Shown here: one piece after another, positions 9,231 to 19,524 of the stretch
Layout of the letters: every line of letters begins with the position of its first letter
How positions within the stretch are numbered: the first letter of the stretch is position 1
Assembly: GCA_977862235.1 (NCBI GenBank)
Contig: OZ374564.1
Location: 434,001-498,000 of the forward strand
Reading direction: 5' to 3'
Source of the DNA: Dudresnaya verticillata
Taxonomy: Eukaryota
Length of the DNA stretch: 64,000 bases
Notes under the pieces: model-generated
Seen by the model: the letters and a program-made list of their open reading frames with translations, nothing else
Databases searched by the model: none
What the model was told of the DNA's origin: nothing
Translations under genes and position numbers: made by a program

Positions 9231-12200
9231 TTAGTCAAGTACGCGGCGCTTTCGTCGCACACCGGCACGCACTGTTGAACCATTCTCGATGTTTTCCTTG
9301 TCTGCTTCTAACGCGGTTATTCCTCGAGTTTTGTCGACAATTTGATCCCCGTCCGTCGGGCTATTTGTGGTGCGCTTTATCGTTGAAACGCCGTCAACAA
9401 ACTTGGTCCTGAAGATAACATTGGCGTTACTGAACATACCCTCCTTGAGCGAAACCACAATAAACTGTGACCCTGAGAAGTGTCTGCGAAGCATGCGCCC
9501 AATATTTTGCGTGTGGCTTAGGTCGAGAGCTGCATCCACTTCGTCTAAGATATACATTGGTGCAGGCTTGAATCGCAACATCGCGAGAATCAGAGAAAGT
9601 GCAATCAAACTACGTTGCCCACCCGAAAGCTCTGACAAGGAATCCTTCCAAACGCCACCAAATGCTACACGGATTTCCAAGCCATCCTCTACAGACATTC
9701 CCTCTGGTGGCTCCAGTCGAGCTGAAGTTCCCGGAAGCAGGTCTGAGAAAATATTTCCGAAGTCTTCGTTCACTTTCCGCCAGGTCTTCTCAAGGGCAAC
9801 CATTTTCTTCTCATCAAGTCCTGCGATAACCATTTCAATCTTCTCCTTGTCCTTCTCAATGATCCCTTTCTTGTTCATCAAACTGCGATACTCCTCCTTC
9901 GCTGTTTCAAACAGGTGCATAGCCTTCTTATTAATTTTCTTTGCCAAAGATTCTTGCCGGGCTTCCAAAGACTCAAGCTTCTGACGAGAAGTCTTCACCC
10001 CTTCGTCCGTAAACTCATACGCGGAGCCTTCCACACCAAAGAGCTCGCACTCTTGCTCTATCCAGGCATGCTCGTTATCCAGCTTGTGAACCAGCCGCTC
10101 CGCGCCAGATCTACCTCTCTCAGATTCTCTGATTTTGCTCTCGAGCTTCTCCTTCTCGAGCGATAGTGACTCAATCTTTTCACTCAGGTCCTCAGCCTCA
10201 GACTTCGCCCTTCTCAAAGCCTTGCTCGATGACGCAAGTCGCTCCCGTTCAACTTGCAGTTCACGTTGCTTTCTCTCTAGAAGATCTCGGCTATCAGCGA
10301 CATCCGTTTCAAAAGTAGCTACCCGCTTTTCAAGTTTCTCAACATTTGCCCTAGCCTCTTCCAGCTGCTGTTTCAGTCTCTCAACTTCCTCCTCAGTGCT
10401 CTCCAATTCCACAGAAAGATCTTGCTGGCGATCCTTGATGGTCTGCAGGTCGGCGGCAGCTCTTGCGCGTGCACATTTCACTTCCTCCAGGGCTGCTTCA
10501 GCTTCTCTCATCGCTCGTTCTTTGGCGGCTTTGCTATCCAGCATCGACTCTTCGAGACTCTTCACCCTCTCTGACTCTGATGAAAGTGTATCCTGGGCCG
10601 CTTTCAAGGCCTCAGGAATCTCCTCATTGTATCGCTTTTTCAAGGATTCAACCTCTGAAAGCAACCGCCCTGTGGCTGTCTCCGCGAGCCTCTGCTCAAG
10701 GAGCTTAGCCTCATCCTGTCGTACTTCTAGCGTGGCCTGCAGTTGTCGGAATTGTCTACCCTTGTTGTTGATTTGAGCGAATTGCGACTCGAGCCGTTCC
10801 AAGTTACTCCTGTGCACTCGGAGATCAGCCTCGGCATCGTTCAATTCTCCAAGAAGCGTCAACACAGAAGGCCCATGCCGAGAAGAGGAGCCGCCAGAAG
10901 CCGTACCGGACGGGTCGTACGTGTCCCCCTCGAGAGTCACAGTTCGCGTCTTAACCCTTCTATCGAATGTAACCCGTTTAGCGGAGTCCATGTCTGGGCA
11001 TATGAGGGTGCGCCCAAAAACATGCTCTACAGCATTTGCCACTTCTTGGTCATATCCGACCAAGCTGAGAGCAACATCGGTTGATGGCTCTATGTCTTTA
11101 GCGGCCTGCAGCCGTGCCCGTGAAATGACCTCGTGCCTAATCTTGTTCAGCGGCAGAATGGTTACCCTACGGGCAAGCCTGCCCTTCTTGAGAACGTCAT
11201 TTGCCGTTGAATCCGTATCAACCACAACATGATAGAGCCTCCCGCCCGCAGTAACTTCGATAGCTGTTGTAACCTTGGGGTCTTTGACCCGAATAAGTTT
11301 AGCGACGAGGCCGTGAACTTTCCGGCGGTCGAAATTACGGTATGGGTCTGAGTACTGAAAGTCGCAAGAGCCAACACGTGCTGAAAGCTGATCGACCTTA
11401 TCGCGGAGGCCTGCAACAGTGCTTTGCTCTTCGTCAAGTTTCTCTTTAAGCGCATCTGCTGCGGCGGCATCAAAATCAAGTTCATGAACTGCCAGCCTTG
11501 CGACGGCGATTGCCTTCTCAGCTTCCTTTCGTTCTGTTTCCAAAGTGCGAACGTTCGCGCGGTCCCGAGCGAGCTGTCCAGCTTTAGAGTTCATCTCTGC
11601 TGATACGTGCTTCATCTCCAACTTAAGCGATTCTATCTGAGTCTGAGCAGTTGAAACCGCCCGACGTGCAGATTCTAGTTGGTCTATAGCTGACCCTGTA
11701 GCAGCAGTCTGAGACCCCTGAGAGCTTGCTCCGGTGAGCAGAGCAGTCTCAGCTTCTTCTAGCTCCTTGGAGGCTGCTTGTAGTCGCTGTTCAGCAGCAG
11801 GAATTTCCGCCTCTGTGTCACTAGCTTTCTTCCGTAGTACGTCAAGATGTCTGTTCTGACCTGTGACATTCTTCTCTAGAGTTTCAAGAGTCTCTCTCTC
11901 ACTGCCCAGGACTTGCTTTGTATTTGTCCACACACTGCTTAACTGAACGAGATTCTTACCAACATCATCGACCTTATCTTGGAGTACCTCCAGGGTTCCA
12001 TCGTTCATCTGCTGTGCACGCTCCTTGCTCAGCTGTTCAACATTTTTGCTGGCTTCCTCTTGCTGTTGCTTAAGGGTTTCCACGGAACCTTCAATTACGA
12101 TGACACGGTCTGAAAGCTCGGTACCGAAATCATTGTTCTTCTCAAGAATACGCACCGCCTTGAAGTAATCGTTTGCAATGAGGTAGCGCTTTAATGACGC

Positions 12201-12881
12201 TACTTCGTTATTGTTCTGATTCCACTCGAGGTAGTGCTTCCGTTCGCGCTCAAGCTTCGCTAGCGAAGGATTGATCTTCTCCTCGAGTAGAGAGTTGATC
12301 TCTTCGACCTTTCGCTCCTTCTTCTCGATGGTACGCAAGGCAGCATCCTTCTTGTTCTCGTACATCTTCGTGCCAGCGGCCTCTTCTATCATGGAGAGCA
12401 CCTCAGGCGGTTTCATGTTAATAACCTTCGTAATACGACCCTGCATGATGAGAAAATGCGGGTTGTTGACGTTAAGCCCGACAGAGTGGAAAAGGTTCTG
12501 CACGCGACCCGGTTGGGCATTGACGCCATTGACGAGGTACTTGTTGCGCCCGCCAATGACAATCTGACGGGTGACGGTGATCTCCGCGCATTGCTCGTAC
12601 CCCACGGGGGCGGTATTCTTGTCGGAGTTGTTGAAGACAAGCGTGACGGAAGCTTTTGTAACGCCAGCCTGCCCACCCTTGTAAACGAGTTCTTGCAGCG
12701 AGGAAGCGCGCACCTGCGACAGGTTCGTTATTCCTAGCACAAAACATATGGAGTCCAGCACATTCGACTTGCCAGACCCGTTCAGCCCGGTGATGGCGTT
12801 GAAGGACGAGTCGAAATCTGGGACCTGTGTTCGAGTCGCATAGGACTTGAAGCCGTCGATGATAATCTCCTTGAGATACAT
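9231..12881 (-). CDS. SMC2: Condensin subunit SMC2, intronless (1216 aa)
   Basis: IIDGFKSY, Walker A GLNGSGKSN, NVNNPHFLIMQGRITKV (SMC2-typical), hinge domain, signature LSGGQRS, Walker B ILDEVDAALD. Confidence 0.97.
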   Translation of the reverse strand: MYLKEIIIDGFKSYATRTQVPDFDSSFNAITGLNGSGKSNVLDSICFVLGITNLSQVRASSLQELVYKGGQAGVTKASVTLVFNNSDKNTAPVGYEQCAEITVTRQIVIGGRNKYLVNGVNAQPGRVQNLFHSVGLNVNNPHFLIMQGRITKVINMKPPEVLSMIEEAAGTKMYENKKDAALRTIEKKERKVEEINSLLEEKINPSLAKLERERKHYLEWNQNNNEVASLKRYLIANDYFKAVRILEKNNDFGTELSDRVIVIEGSVETLKQQQEEASKNVEQLSKERAQQMNDGTLEVLQDKVDDVGKNLVQLSSVWTNTKQVLGSERETLETLEKNVTGQNRHLDVLRKKASDTEAEIPAAEQRLQAASKELEEAETALLTGASSQGSQTAATGSAIDQLESARRAVSTAQTQIESLKLEMKHVSAEMNSKAGQLARDRANVRTLETERKEAEKAIAVARLAVHELDFDAAAADALKEKLDEEQSTVAGLRDKVDQLSARVGSCDFQYSDPYRNFDRRKVHGLVAKLIRVKDPKVTTAIEVTAGGRLYHVVVDTDSTANDVLKKGRLARRVTILPLNKIRHEVISRARLQAAKDIEPSTDVALSLVGYDQEVANAVEHVFGRTLICPDMDSAKRVTFDRRVKTRTVTLEGDTYDPSGTASGGSSSRHGPSVLTLLGELNDAEADLRVHRSNLERLESQFAQINNKGRQFRQLQATLEVRQDEAKLLEQRLAETATGRLLSEVESLKKRYNEEIPEALKAAQDTLSSESERVKSLEESMLDSKAAKERAMREAEAALEEVKCARARAAADLQTIKDRQQDLSVELESTEEEVERLKQQLEEARANVEKLEKRVATFETDVADSRDLLERKQRELQVERERLASSSKALRRAKSEAEDLSEKIESLSLEKEKLESKIRESERGRSGAERLVHKLDNEHAWIEQECELFGVEGSAYEFTDEGVKTSRQKLESLEARQESLAKKINKKAMHLFETAKEEYRSLMNKKGIIEKDKEKIEMVIAGLDEKKMVALEKTWRKVNEDFGNIFSDLLPGTSARLEPPEGMSVEDGLEIRVAFGGVWKDSLSELSGGQRSLIALSLILAMLRFKPAPMYILDEVDAALDLSHTQNIGRMLRRHFSGSQFIVVSLKEGMFSNANVIFRTKFVDGVSTIKRTTNSPTDGDQIVDKTRGITALEADKENIENGSTVRAGVRRKRRVLD

Positions 12882-13171
12882 GGTTGAGTGCTGAGGCGAC
12901 AGCAGGTTACGCCGTTGCGGCGTGAAGAGGAGAGCAGCTGAGCACGGTGGTGGACGAGAGCAATGGCTGTGGGGCAGAAGGTCGAATGTCCCTCGGGCAA
13001 GTGCGAAGGATGGGCAAGAGTGAAAAAAGGCGGGATGCGCTTTTAAACTTTTGAATGCGGCTGGGAATTTTGATTAAGTTATTGAATACATTAAAATAAT
13101 GAGCGATTATATTAATAGCTCGCTAACCTCAGCCCGGGGCCTGCCGTCAGCTTTGGACGGGTCACGATGGA

Positions 13172-13210
13172 GAACTTCATGTGCGAACTTCATGTGCGAA
13201 CTCCATGTGC
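13172..13210. repeat. 13-bp direct repeat x3
   Basis: GAACT(T/C)CATGTGC three times in tandem, upstream of SMC2. Confidence 0.85.
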
Positions 13211-13449
13211 TCGCCCGAAACTGAACCTTGGCTCCGCACAGCATGCCCAGGTGTACTCAACTTGCGCAATTTTCTGCTTTGAGCAGAAACACAACACATT
13301 TCCGCTCAAGTCGTCGAGTCCTGGATCTCATCGCTGACGACAGAGCGTGGGCACCGATGAACGTCTCTCTTGTGATCTAAGACCCGACCTGCAAACCCAC
13401 TTTCACTCCATATCACTGATTATAAACCCCCCCAACAACTGTGCACACC

Positions 13450-13953
13450 CTAATCGCTCTCACGAGGGTTTCTGACGATGTCCTTTGCAGCAACCCTAGC
13501 ACGTTGGAGAACAACCTCCCTCTCACGCTCCTCGCGAATCTTCCGAAGTTCCGCTTCCAAGACCTGAATGCGTCCCTCAATACCTCCCTGCAAGCTCTGA
13601 CGACTTTTCTCCTTCTCGCGATGGCGCGCAGCCGCCGAGTCCTCTCCATACAGCCATTTATGCACGTCGTCCTCTCCGTCATAGCGCCACTCAACCGCCT
13701 TGAGCATTGCATAAAGCGCAGCGGGCGGGATGAGCGCCATGAGAAAGTTGCGCACGTGCCAATCCCAGCGTAGCCGGTAGCGCCGCTGCGCCAGCTTGGG
13801 CCCGGCCGGCGCGAACACCGCGCGGAACGTGTCCGCACTCATCCCCGGGTTTGCCGCCACGCGCGACGCGCGCCGCTGCCCAGACCCCCATGCAGAGTCG
13901 CTCAGATACCGCTGCAGCGGGTGCGCTGTGGCGCGGGTGAGCAGCCGCAGCAT
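13450..13953 (-). CDS. Hypothetical single-pass membrane protein with mitochondrial presequence-like N-terminus and C-terminal coiled coil (167 aa)
   Basis: MLRLLTRATAHPLQR (Arg/Leu-rich), hydrophobic FLMALIPPAALYAML, heptad-like IEGRIQVLEAELRKIREE. Confidence 0.65.
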   Translation of the reverse strand: MLRLLTRATAHPLQRYLSDSAWGSGQRRASRVAANPGMSADTFRAVFAPAGPKLAQRRYRLRWDWHVRNFLMALIPPAALYAMLKAVEWRYDGEDDVHKWLYGEDSAAARHREKEKSRQSLQGGIEGRIQVLEAELRKIREEREREVVLQRARVAAKDIVRNPRESD

Positions 13954-14406
13954 TGCTCAACACAGTCGCGCTTGTGCGGAACAACGGTCGCACTGGAGTT
14001 GGAGAAGCTTGCACCGAGTGCCGGCGGAACGCGGCTACGTTCTGTAAGCACAGGTAGTACGGTGGCGATAGCGACGCGCCGAAACGTTGTCGAATTTGAA
14101 CAAAATCGGGACGTGGTGATTCTATCGCGCGACTTGCGCGCTTCGATTGACACTGCAGCAAACGGCACCGTTTTCTGCTCCGTTCCACTGCAGTGTAACA
14201 CGCCTCATTGTGATGTCAACACCACCATCCCGAACTACCGTCTCGTTCGACACTCCAACGCCCGCCAGCACAAAGTATCCCTGAGACCTAACGTTCTGAA
14301 GGGTATCCTTCGCTCCGCACAACTTCCGCGTCGCGTGAAGCTCCGTGTGCAGCATCTTCGCGATCCGGTCACACGCGTGCACAAAGTCATAAGCTCGAAC
14401 AGCAAC

Positions 14407-14835
14407 ATGAGCACAGCCTCCGCTCGTGCCTCACGACGCCTCTCGTCAAGTTCAACACAACAATCGCCAGAACCCGCCACACCCGAACCCGACCCGCATG
14501 AGCAGATCCAGGCCGAGGTGCAGGCGTTGCTGACAGAGATGACCACGTCGTTCAAAACGTTCTCGGACACAATCTTCACGAAGAGTACGTACGCACCGTC
14601 GTAACTCGCGCTCCTATTTGACGCCATTCGTTCATCTAGATGCTAACTATAGTCCCACCCCGCTCCTTCAGTCGACGCAATGCAAGAAAAGCTTTCTGCC
14701 CTCGACGCAAGCGTGGCAGACCTGTCCGCAGCGCCGGCGCCGGTCGTGTCTGAGCTGGACCCCCAGTCAGACGGAGCTGCAGAAGCAGACGGCACGCCAG
14801 AAGCGCCGAACGCGGCGCCGTCCACATCTCCGTGA
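14407..14835 (+). CDS. HSBP1: Heat shock factor binding protein 1 (HSBP1)-like, two exons (113 aa)
   Basis: Exons 14407-14584 and 14672-14835; intron GTACGT...GCTAAC...TTCAG. Spliced product EVQALLTEMTTSFKTFSDTIFTK-IDAMQEKLSALDASVADL fits the HSBP1 pattern VQxLLxxMxxxFxTxSDxIxxxIDxMxxxIxxLExxIADL. Confidence 0.8.
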
Positions 14836-15025
14836 GCCGTCAGGAGCGCTCGGTAATTGGAACGCGAAGCCCAGAACCACACGTCCTCCACGTCACAAGC
14901 AGGAGCTGCAGTGGCGCGTCGCACACCCTTCTAAAATCGCCCAATTCCTGCCTGATGAAGCCTAGCAACCCACGAGCTCGGAGAGCACAGCACGGCAGCG
15001 AAGCACAGCACTCCTTATACATGCC

Positions 15026-15769
15026 ATGGCTTTCGTCGCACACGCGCTCCCGCAACGACACCCGCCGCGCCGCCGCATCTGTACTACACGACTGTCCGCT
15101 GTGCCAGACCAGTCGCCGGACCAGCCTCCGGCCACGTCGACCGACTGGCGCGCCTTCCGCGCTCGTCTGATTCGCCAGCACGGGGAGTCCGCCGTTGCGC
15201 CGGAGCAAACCGCCTCTTCTACGTCTTTCGCCCACCTCCTCGCTGTGCCCGAGCAGGGCGCTGTCCTGCTCGCCAACCCGCGCTTGTTCCTGGACTCGCA
15301 GACGTACTTCCGCCGAGCTGTTATCCTCCTCTTCGCGCATCAGCCTAATGGGGGCACAGCTGGGCTGCTACTCAACCGGCCCTCTAGCGAACTACGCCCA
15401 CCTCTCCCGGTGCCGCCCCCGCCGTTCAGATCTGGGGATGTACGGCTGGGCGGAGATGTAAGTGATGAATCTATGTTTGCGTTATACCCCACGCCAAGGG
15501 AGCCTATTTCGAAGCACCCAGTTGTGCTGCCAGGGCTGTCCCTGCTAGCTGATGTCAAGGATGTCGTGAAGGCTGTCGGACAGGGAGATATTAACGAAAG
15601 CGATGTCCGACTGTATCGAGGATACTGTGGCTGGGCACCGGGACAACTGGCGACCGAGGTTATGAGGGGGGTTTGGTACCTTGCTGCCGTTTCGAGTGAC
15701 ATTTTGCTGGATGCCGATACAACGTCGTTGTATGACCGCTTGACCGGGGAGCTTGGGCTCAAGGAATAA
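15026..15769 (+). CDS. DUF179 / YqgE-AlgH family protein with plastid transit peptide (247 aa)
   Basis: MAFV start, DWRAFRARL, GAVLLA, FRRAVILL, GLLLNRP, LGGDV, RLYRGYCGWAPGQLATEVMRGVW. Confidence 0.88.
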   Translation: MAFVAHALPQRHPPRRRICTTRLSAVPDQSPDQPPATSTDWRAFRARLIRQHGESAVAPEQTASSTSFAHLLAVPEQGAVLLANPRLFLDSQTYFRRAVILLFAHQPNGGTAGLLLNRPSSELRPPLPVPPPPFRSGDVRLGGDVSDESMFALYPTPREPISKHPVVLPGLSLLADVKDVVKAVGQGDINESDVRLYRGYCGWAPGQLATEVMRGVWYLAAVSSDILLDADTTSLYDRLTGELGLKE

Positions 15770-15981
15770 AATAGTTTGTACGCAGTTCGTTTGATTCGCT
15801 CTATCTGTTGCACTAGAGGTAGAAGTTGTTATCGGGGTATACTTTGTTAAGTCTGTTGTCAGTTCTGTTCAGTGTTCACACATCACTCGATGTTGCTAAA
15901 GATACAATACAGTTCGCAACCAGCATGGGACAGTCCCAGCTGAGCTCAGCGAAAGCAGCCTCATACGGGAAGAAGTCTTTC

Positions 15982-17463
15982 CTAGTACCGCTTGCGCTCC
16001 AAGTCAGGCTTCCACTTAAGTGGATGGCTTTCTGGCGTAGCACTATCATCCTCCTTCCACATCTTAATGGTCTTGTCCGCCTCACAGGTAATTAACCTGC
16101 TCCCACTTCGATCAAAGGCAAGAGCATATATTCCGGCTTCGCAGTCCAAACTCCCCGGTTGGACAATAGTTTTCTCGCTCTGGAAGCAATGCGCGCCGCC
16201 ATAGTCCCAGAAGCCCAAGCTCCCATCGTCGCCACCACTGACCAGCACACCGTCTTCGTTGATCGCCAACGCATTGACTAGCTTTTTGTCATGTTGACCG
16301 CTCAAATTGCGCATAAAGCTGCCTGTCGGAAGCGCCCACGTCTTAATGTTATCCGCTGACGCTGACGCAAATGAAAACTCGCGTGGGTGCAGCACGAGCG
16401 AACGAACTCCCTTCTTATGGTTCGTCAGAATCGCTGAGCACTTTCCTGCGGCAAGATCCCACATCCTCACGGTGCTATCCACCGAAGACGAAATGATCTG
16501 CGGATCAACGGGCTGCGTTACCAGAGCATTGACAGTGTCACGATGCCCGCCCAGTACAAAGACCTGCTGCCTCGTCCTAATATCCCATACTCGCACAGTA
16601 GAATCCCTCCCACCAGTCATGAGTACGTCCAACGTGGGATGCAGAGAGACGCAGTAAACTCCCGAAAGATGGCCATGGTAGTTGCGAATGACCTTGTTCT
16701 GCTCCAAGTCCCAGCATTTGACAGTTTTATCCTCACCGACGGTGAACATATAGGGATGTCGCGGGGAAATAGCAATACCGCGCACAGCAGAGATATGTCC
16801 AGTTAGGGTGAGCTTCAGTCTGCCTGACGCCAGATCCCAAATCTTGACGGTGCGATCCGACGAGCCTGTGGCAAACCACTCGTTCGAAGCGTCTACCGCG
16901 ACAGAACGGACCCATCCGAGATGGCCGCTGATGCCACGAAACATTTTCCATGGTGCATGCCACTGGGGGCGATCGTCCGCCAGCGCCGTAGGTACATCAC
17001 CAGCGACCAGCGCCGCCGACTCGGTTCTCGCTCGCTTTGCAGGGACAAGAGCTAGGGGACCGAACGCATCCCCGGGCTTTGGCGGCTGCCGGTCATGGTT
17101 GCTGTGGGCCGACTCCAATTCAACCTCTCTAACGGCAGCACCATCTGGCGCGCTTGCAACAGCAGGTGTGGCACAGTCCTCTTTCCCCGCGGCTTGCGGA
17201 TTGCCATAGTGGACGGTTTGCAGTGGCGAGGAAGGCGGAGTGCGTGGCCTCTTTGGAGCATGCGTGTGGTCTGCGTTGACCGCGCGGAGGTTCCTGTACA
17301 CGGATTCGTAGCCGACAGTCGTGGCAGTAGGGTCGGCGGCGATGGGGAACTGTAGAACCGAGGAGACCGGGTCGGGCACAAACAGCTCGCGGGTTTGACG
17401 GACGTTGCTCGTAACCAGACGCTTTGCACGTTGCAACGACGGGGGCGCGTCGTGGGTTGCCAT
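15982..17463 (-). CDS. PLRG1: Pleiotropic regulator 1 / Prp46 WD40 splicing factor (493 aa)
   Basis: [51 protein letters not shown], seven WD repeats, [24 protein letters not shown]. Confidence 0.95.
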   Translation of the reverse strand: MATHDAPPSLQRAKRLVTSNVRQTRELFVPDPVSSVLQFPIAADPTATTVGYESVYRNLRAVNADHTHAPKRPRTPPSSPLQTVHYGNPQAAGKEDCATPAVASAPDGAAVREVELESAHSNHDRQPPKPGDAFGPLALVPAKRARTESAALVAGDVPTALADDRPQWHAPWKMFRGISGHLGWVRSVAVDASNEWFATGSSDRTVKIWDLASGRLKLTLTGHISAVRGIAISPRHPYMFTVGEDKTVKCWDLEQNKVIRNYHGHLSGVYCVSLHPTLDVLMTGGRDSTVRVWDIRTRQQVFVLGGHRDTVNALVTQPVDPQIISSSVDSTVRMWDLAAGKCSAILTNHKKGVRSLVLHPREFSFASASADNIKTWALPTGSFMRNLSGQHDKKLVNALAINEDGVLVSGGDDGSLGFWDYGGAHCFQSEKTIVQPGSLDCEAGIYALAFDRSGSRLITCEADKTIKMWKEDDSATPESHPLKWKPDLERKRY

Positions 17464-17911
17464 GGCGGCAGGACCGGCACGTTGACGGACACCGGTGAGC
17501 GGTGTGCGGCGCGACACACGCTCCAAAAAGAGCGGCGGGGCGGGTATTGGGCGGGCATCTTATATCGCGTGGGTGAGGGTCTTCCCGGACGCGTTGGCGA
17601 AAGGCAATAGGGCGCGTGGCAACGCACGAATTGGACAGATTTTGCCTCAGATCTGTAGATCTGCCGCCCAAGATTTTCCGCGGCGGTCCCAATCACTCTG
17701 CGCGCGTCGAGTGTGTGGACACGAGCTGCCCTCCCGCCGCCTTCTTCCGCGCGTCTCTCACCGGCCCCCAACCACGCCGCCGCGGGCTCCACACGCGCGC
17801 CGCTTGTCCCGCTCCGCCCCCTCCATCGTGCCCGCCCCGCCTCCGTGCGCGCGCCCCTTGTCACCCGCTCCCACTGCTGCCCAACAGCTCCCAACCCCCG
17901 CCGCCGCTTCA

Positions 17912-19524
17912 ATGCCCACCCACCCGCCCGCCCACGCCTTTGTCACCGCCGCCCCGCTCCGCCTCGAGCCCCGCCGCCGCCGCCCACCGCTCGCCCCGCC
18001 CCGTCCCCGCCGCTCCACAGCCCCGCCTCACCGCCGCGCCACGCCATGCGGCATGGCTGAAAGCCGCTACGCCAAGTCCGCCCCGGCCGTGCGCTACCCG
18101 CCCACCGCCACCCCGGACTGGGAGAAGCTATCCGCCAACATCACTCCGGTCGACTACATCAACGGGCCCATCTGCACCACTCCAACCCGCGAGCGCGAGT
18201 CCTTACGCCTGTTCGGCCAAAAGGAGGCCGATGTCCGCCTCGTCCTCTACCGCGACCATGCCTGCTGGTGCCCCTACTGCCACAAAGTCCAGATGCTCGT
18301 CGAAGCAAAGCGTATCCCGTACCTGATCAAGAAGGTCAACATGAGCTGCTACGGGTCCAAACCAGAAGATTTTCTCAAGCTTGTCCCCACGGGCTTGCTT
18401 CCGGCTATCCAACTAGACGGCAAGGTTATCACCGAATCGATGGATATTATGTTTTTGCTGGAGGACACCTTTCAGAAGCCCCACCGACAGATGATTCCCA
18501 CCGACGACAACGACATGATGCAGGCCTTCCATCGATTCATGCGCCTTGAGCGCGTTTTCATCGGCGCTTGGCTCGGCTGTTTGCGGGGTCCCATGTCCAT
18601 GCTTGGTAGGGGCATGCAACCTGTCCACACCACGCTGGACCTCATTGAGTCGTGCTTGGGAGAGTTTGTAGGGCCTTTCTTTTATCCCGGTGATGAGCCA
18701 TCCTTTGTGGATATCAACTTCTGTACGTTCAAATCCAACCCATCTTCCTCCTCTTTGAGAAGGCATGATGGCACGGGCCTAATACTCTACCGGCAACGTA
18801 GTCATCCGTCCCTATGCCATTAATACGTTGGCTTCCCGGCATCACGCGTGATATTCTAACCTGGATCTCCTCATTGCTATGTGTTGTTGCTTGTATCAAT
18901 CTCACCTTTTCGATCTCAACAGCGACGATTTTTGAGCGCTCCCGCTCCTCTCTAAAGTACTGGCGCAACTTGGAGATAACTGACGGACGACCAAATCTGA
19001 AGGCATGGTTCCACGCCTGGGAAAACTGGGGACCGGCGATATACTTAAGAAGCGATGACTGGACACACATTGGCGCCTTGCCACCGCAGATCGGTCCGGT
19101 ACGGTTTGCCAAGAACAGAAACGCCGGGTCCAAAAATGTCGAAACCGCTCGTACCCTCCATGTCCTGAACGACGGGCCCGAAGGAAAAATGGCCCGCAAC
19201 ATGGCAGCATCTGCCCTCACCAGAAACTCTAGACTCGTCGTGTGGGATGCTATTAGAGGTATCAAGGTTCAGGAGAAGGACCACAGGCACGTCGACAACG
19301 CCCTCCGTCTTATCGCGCAAGTCCTTTTCGACCCAGACCTGCTCGAGGAATTGGAGGAGAGAGTTCGAAAGGAAATCCCAATGTCATCGTGGGATGTTAT
19401 TGCAGATTGCATCCGATTTGAGCGCGCTAGGTGTTGTGCTCCCCGAGACATGCCTATTCGATCAATGGAGCAGTTCTGCGGTGCGATCAATTGGTTGCTA
19501 GGTGTTATGCGGAAGGAACTGTAG
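17912..19524 (+). CDS. Cys-type glutathione S-transferase (CPYC motif; Iota-class-like), plastid transit peptide, two exons (470 aa)
   Basis: Exons 17912-18722 and 18923-19524; intron GTACGT...CTAAC...AACAG keeps the frame. Motifs LYRDHACWCPYCHKV, VNMSCYG, VPTGLLPAIQLDG..ITESMDI, SFVDINF, SDDWTH..ALPPQIG, APRDM. Confidence 0.85.

Noticed and set aside
13172..13210. Short direct repeats as a possible CRISPR-like array
   Set aside because: 13-bp units with no spacers, eukaryotic context and no cas genes
18724..18922. Apparent frameshift between the two GST ORFs
   Set aside because: Explained by a canonical 200-nt intron that restores the frame
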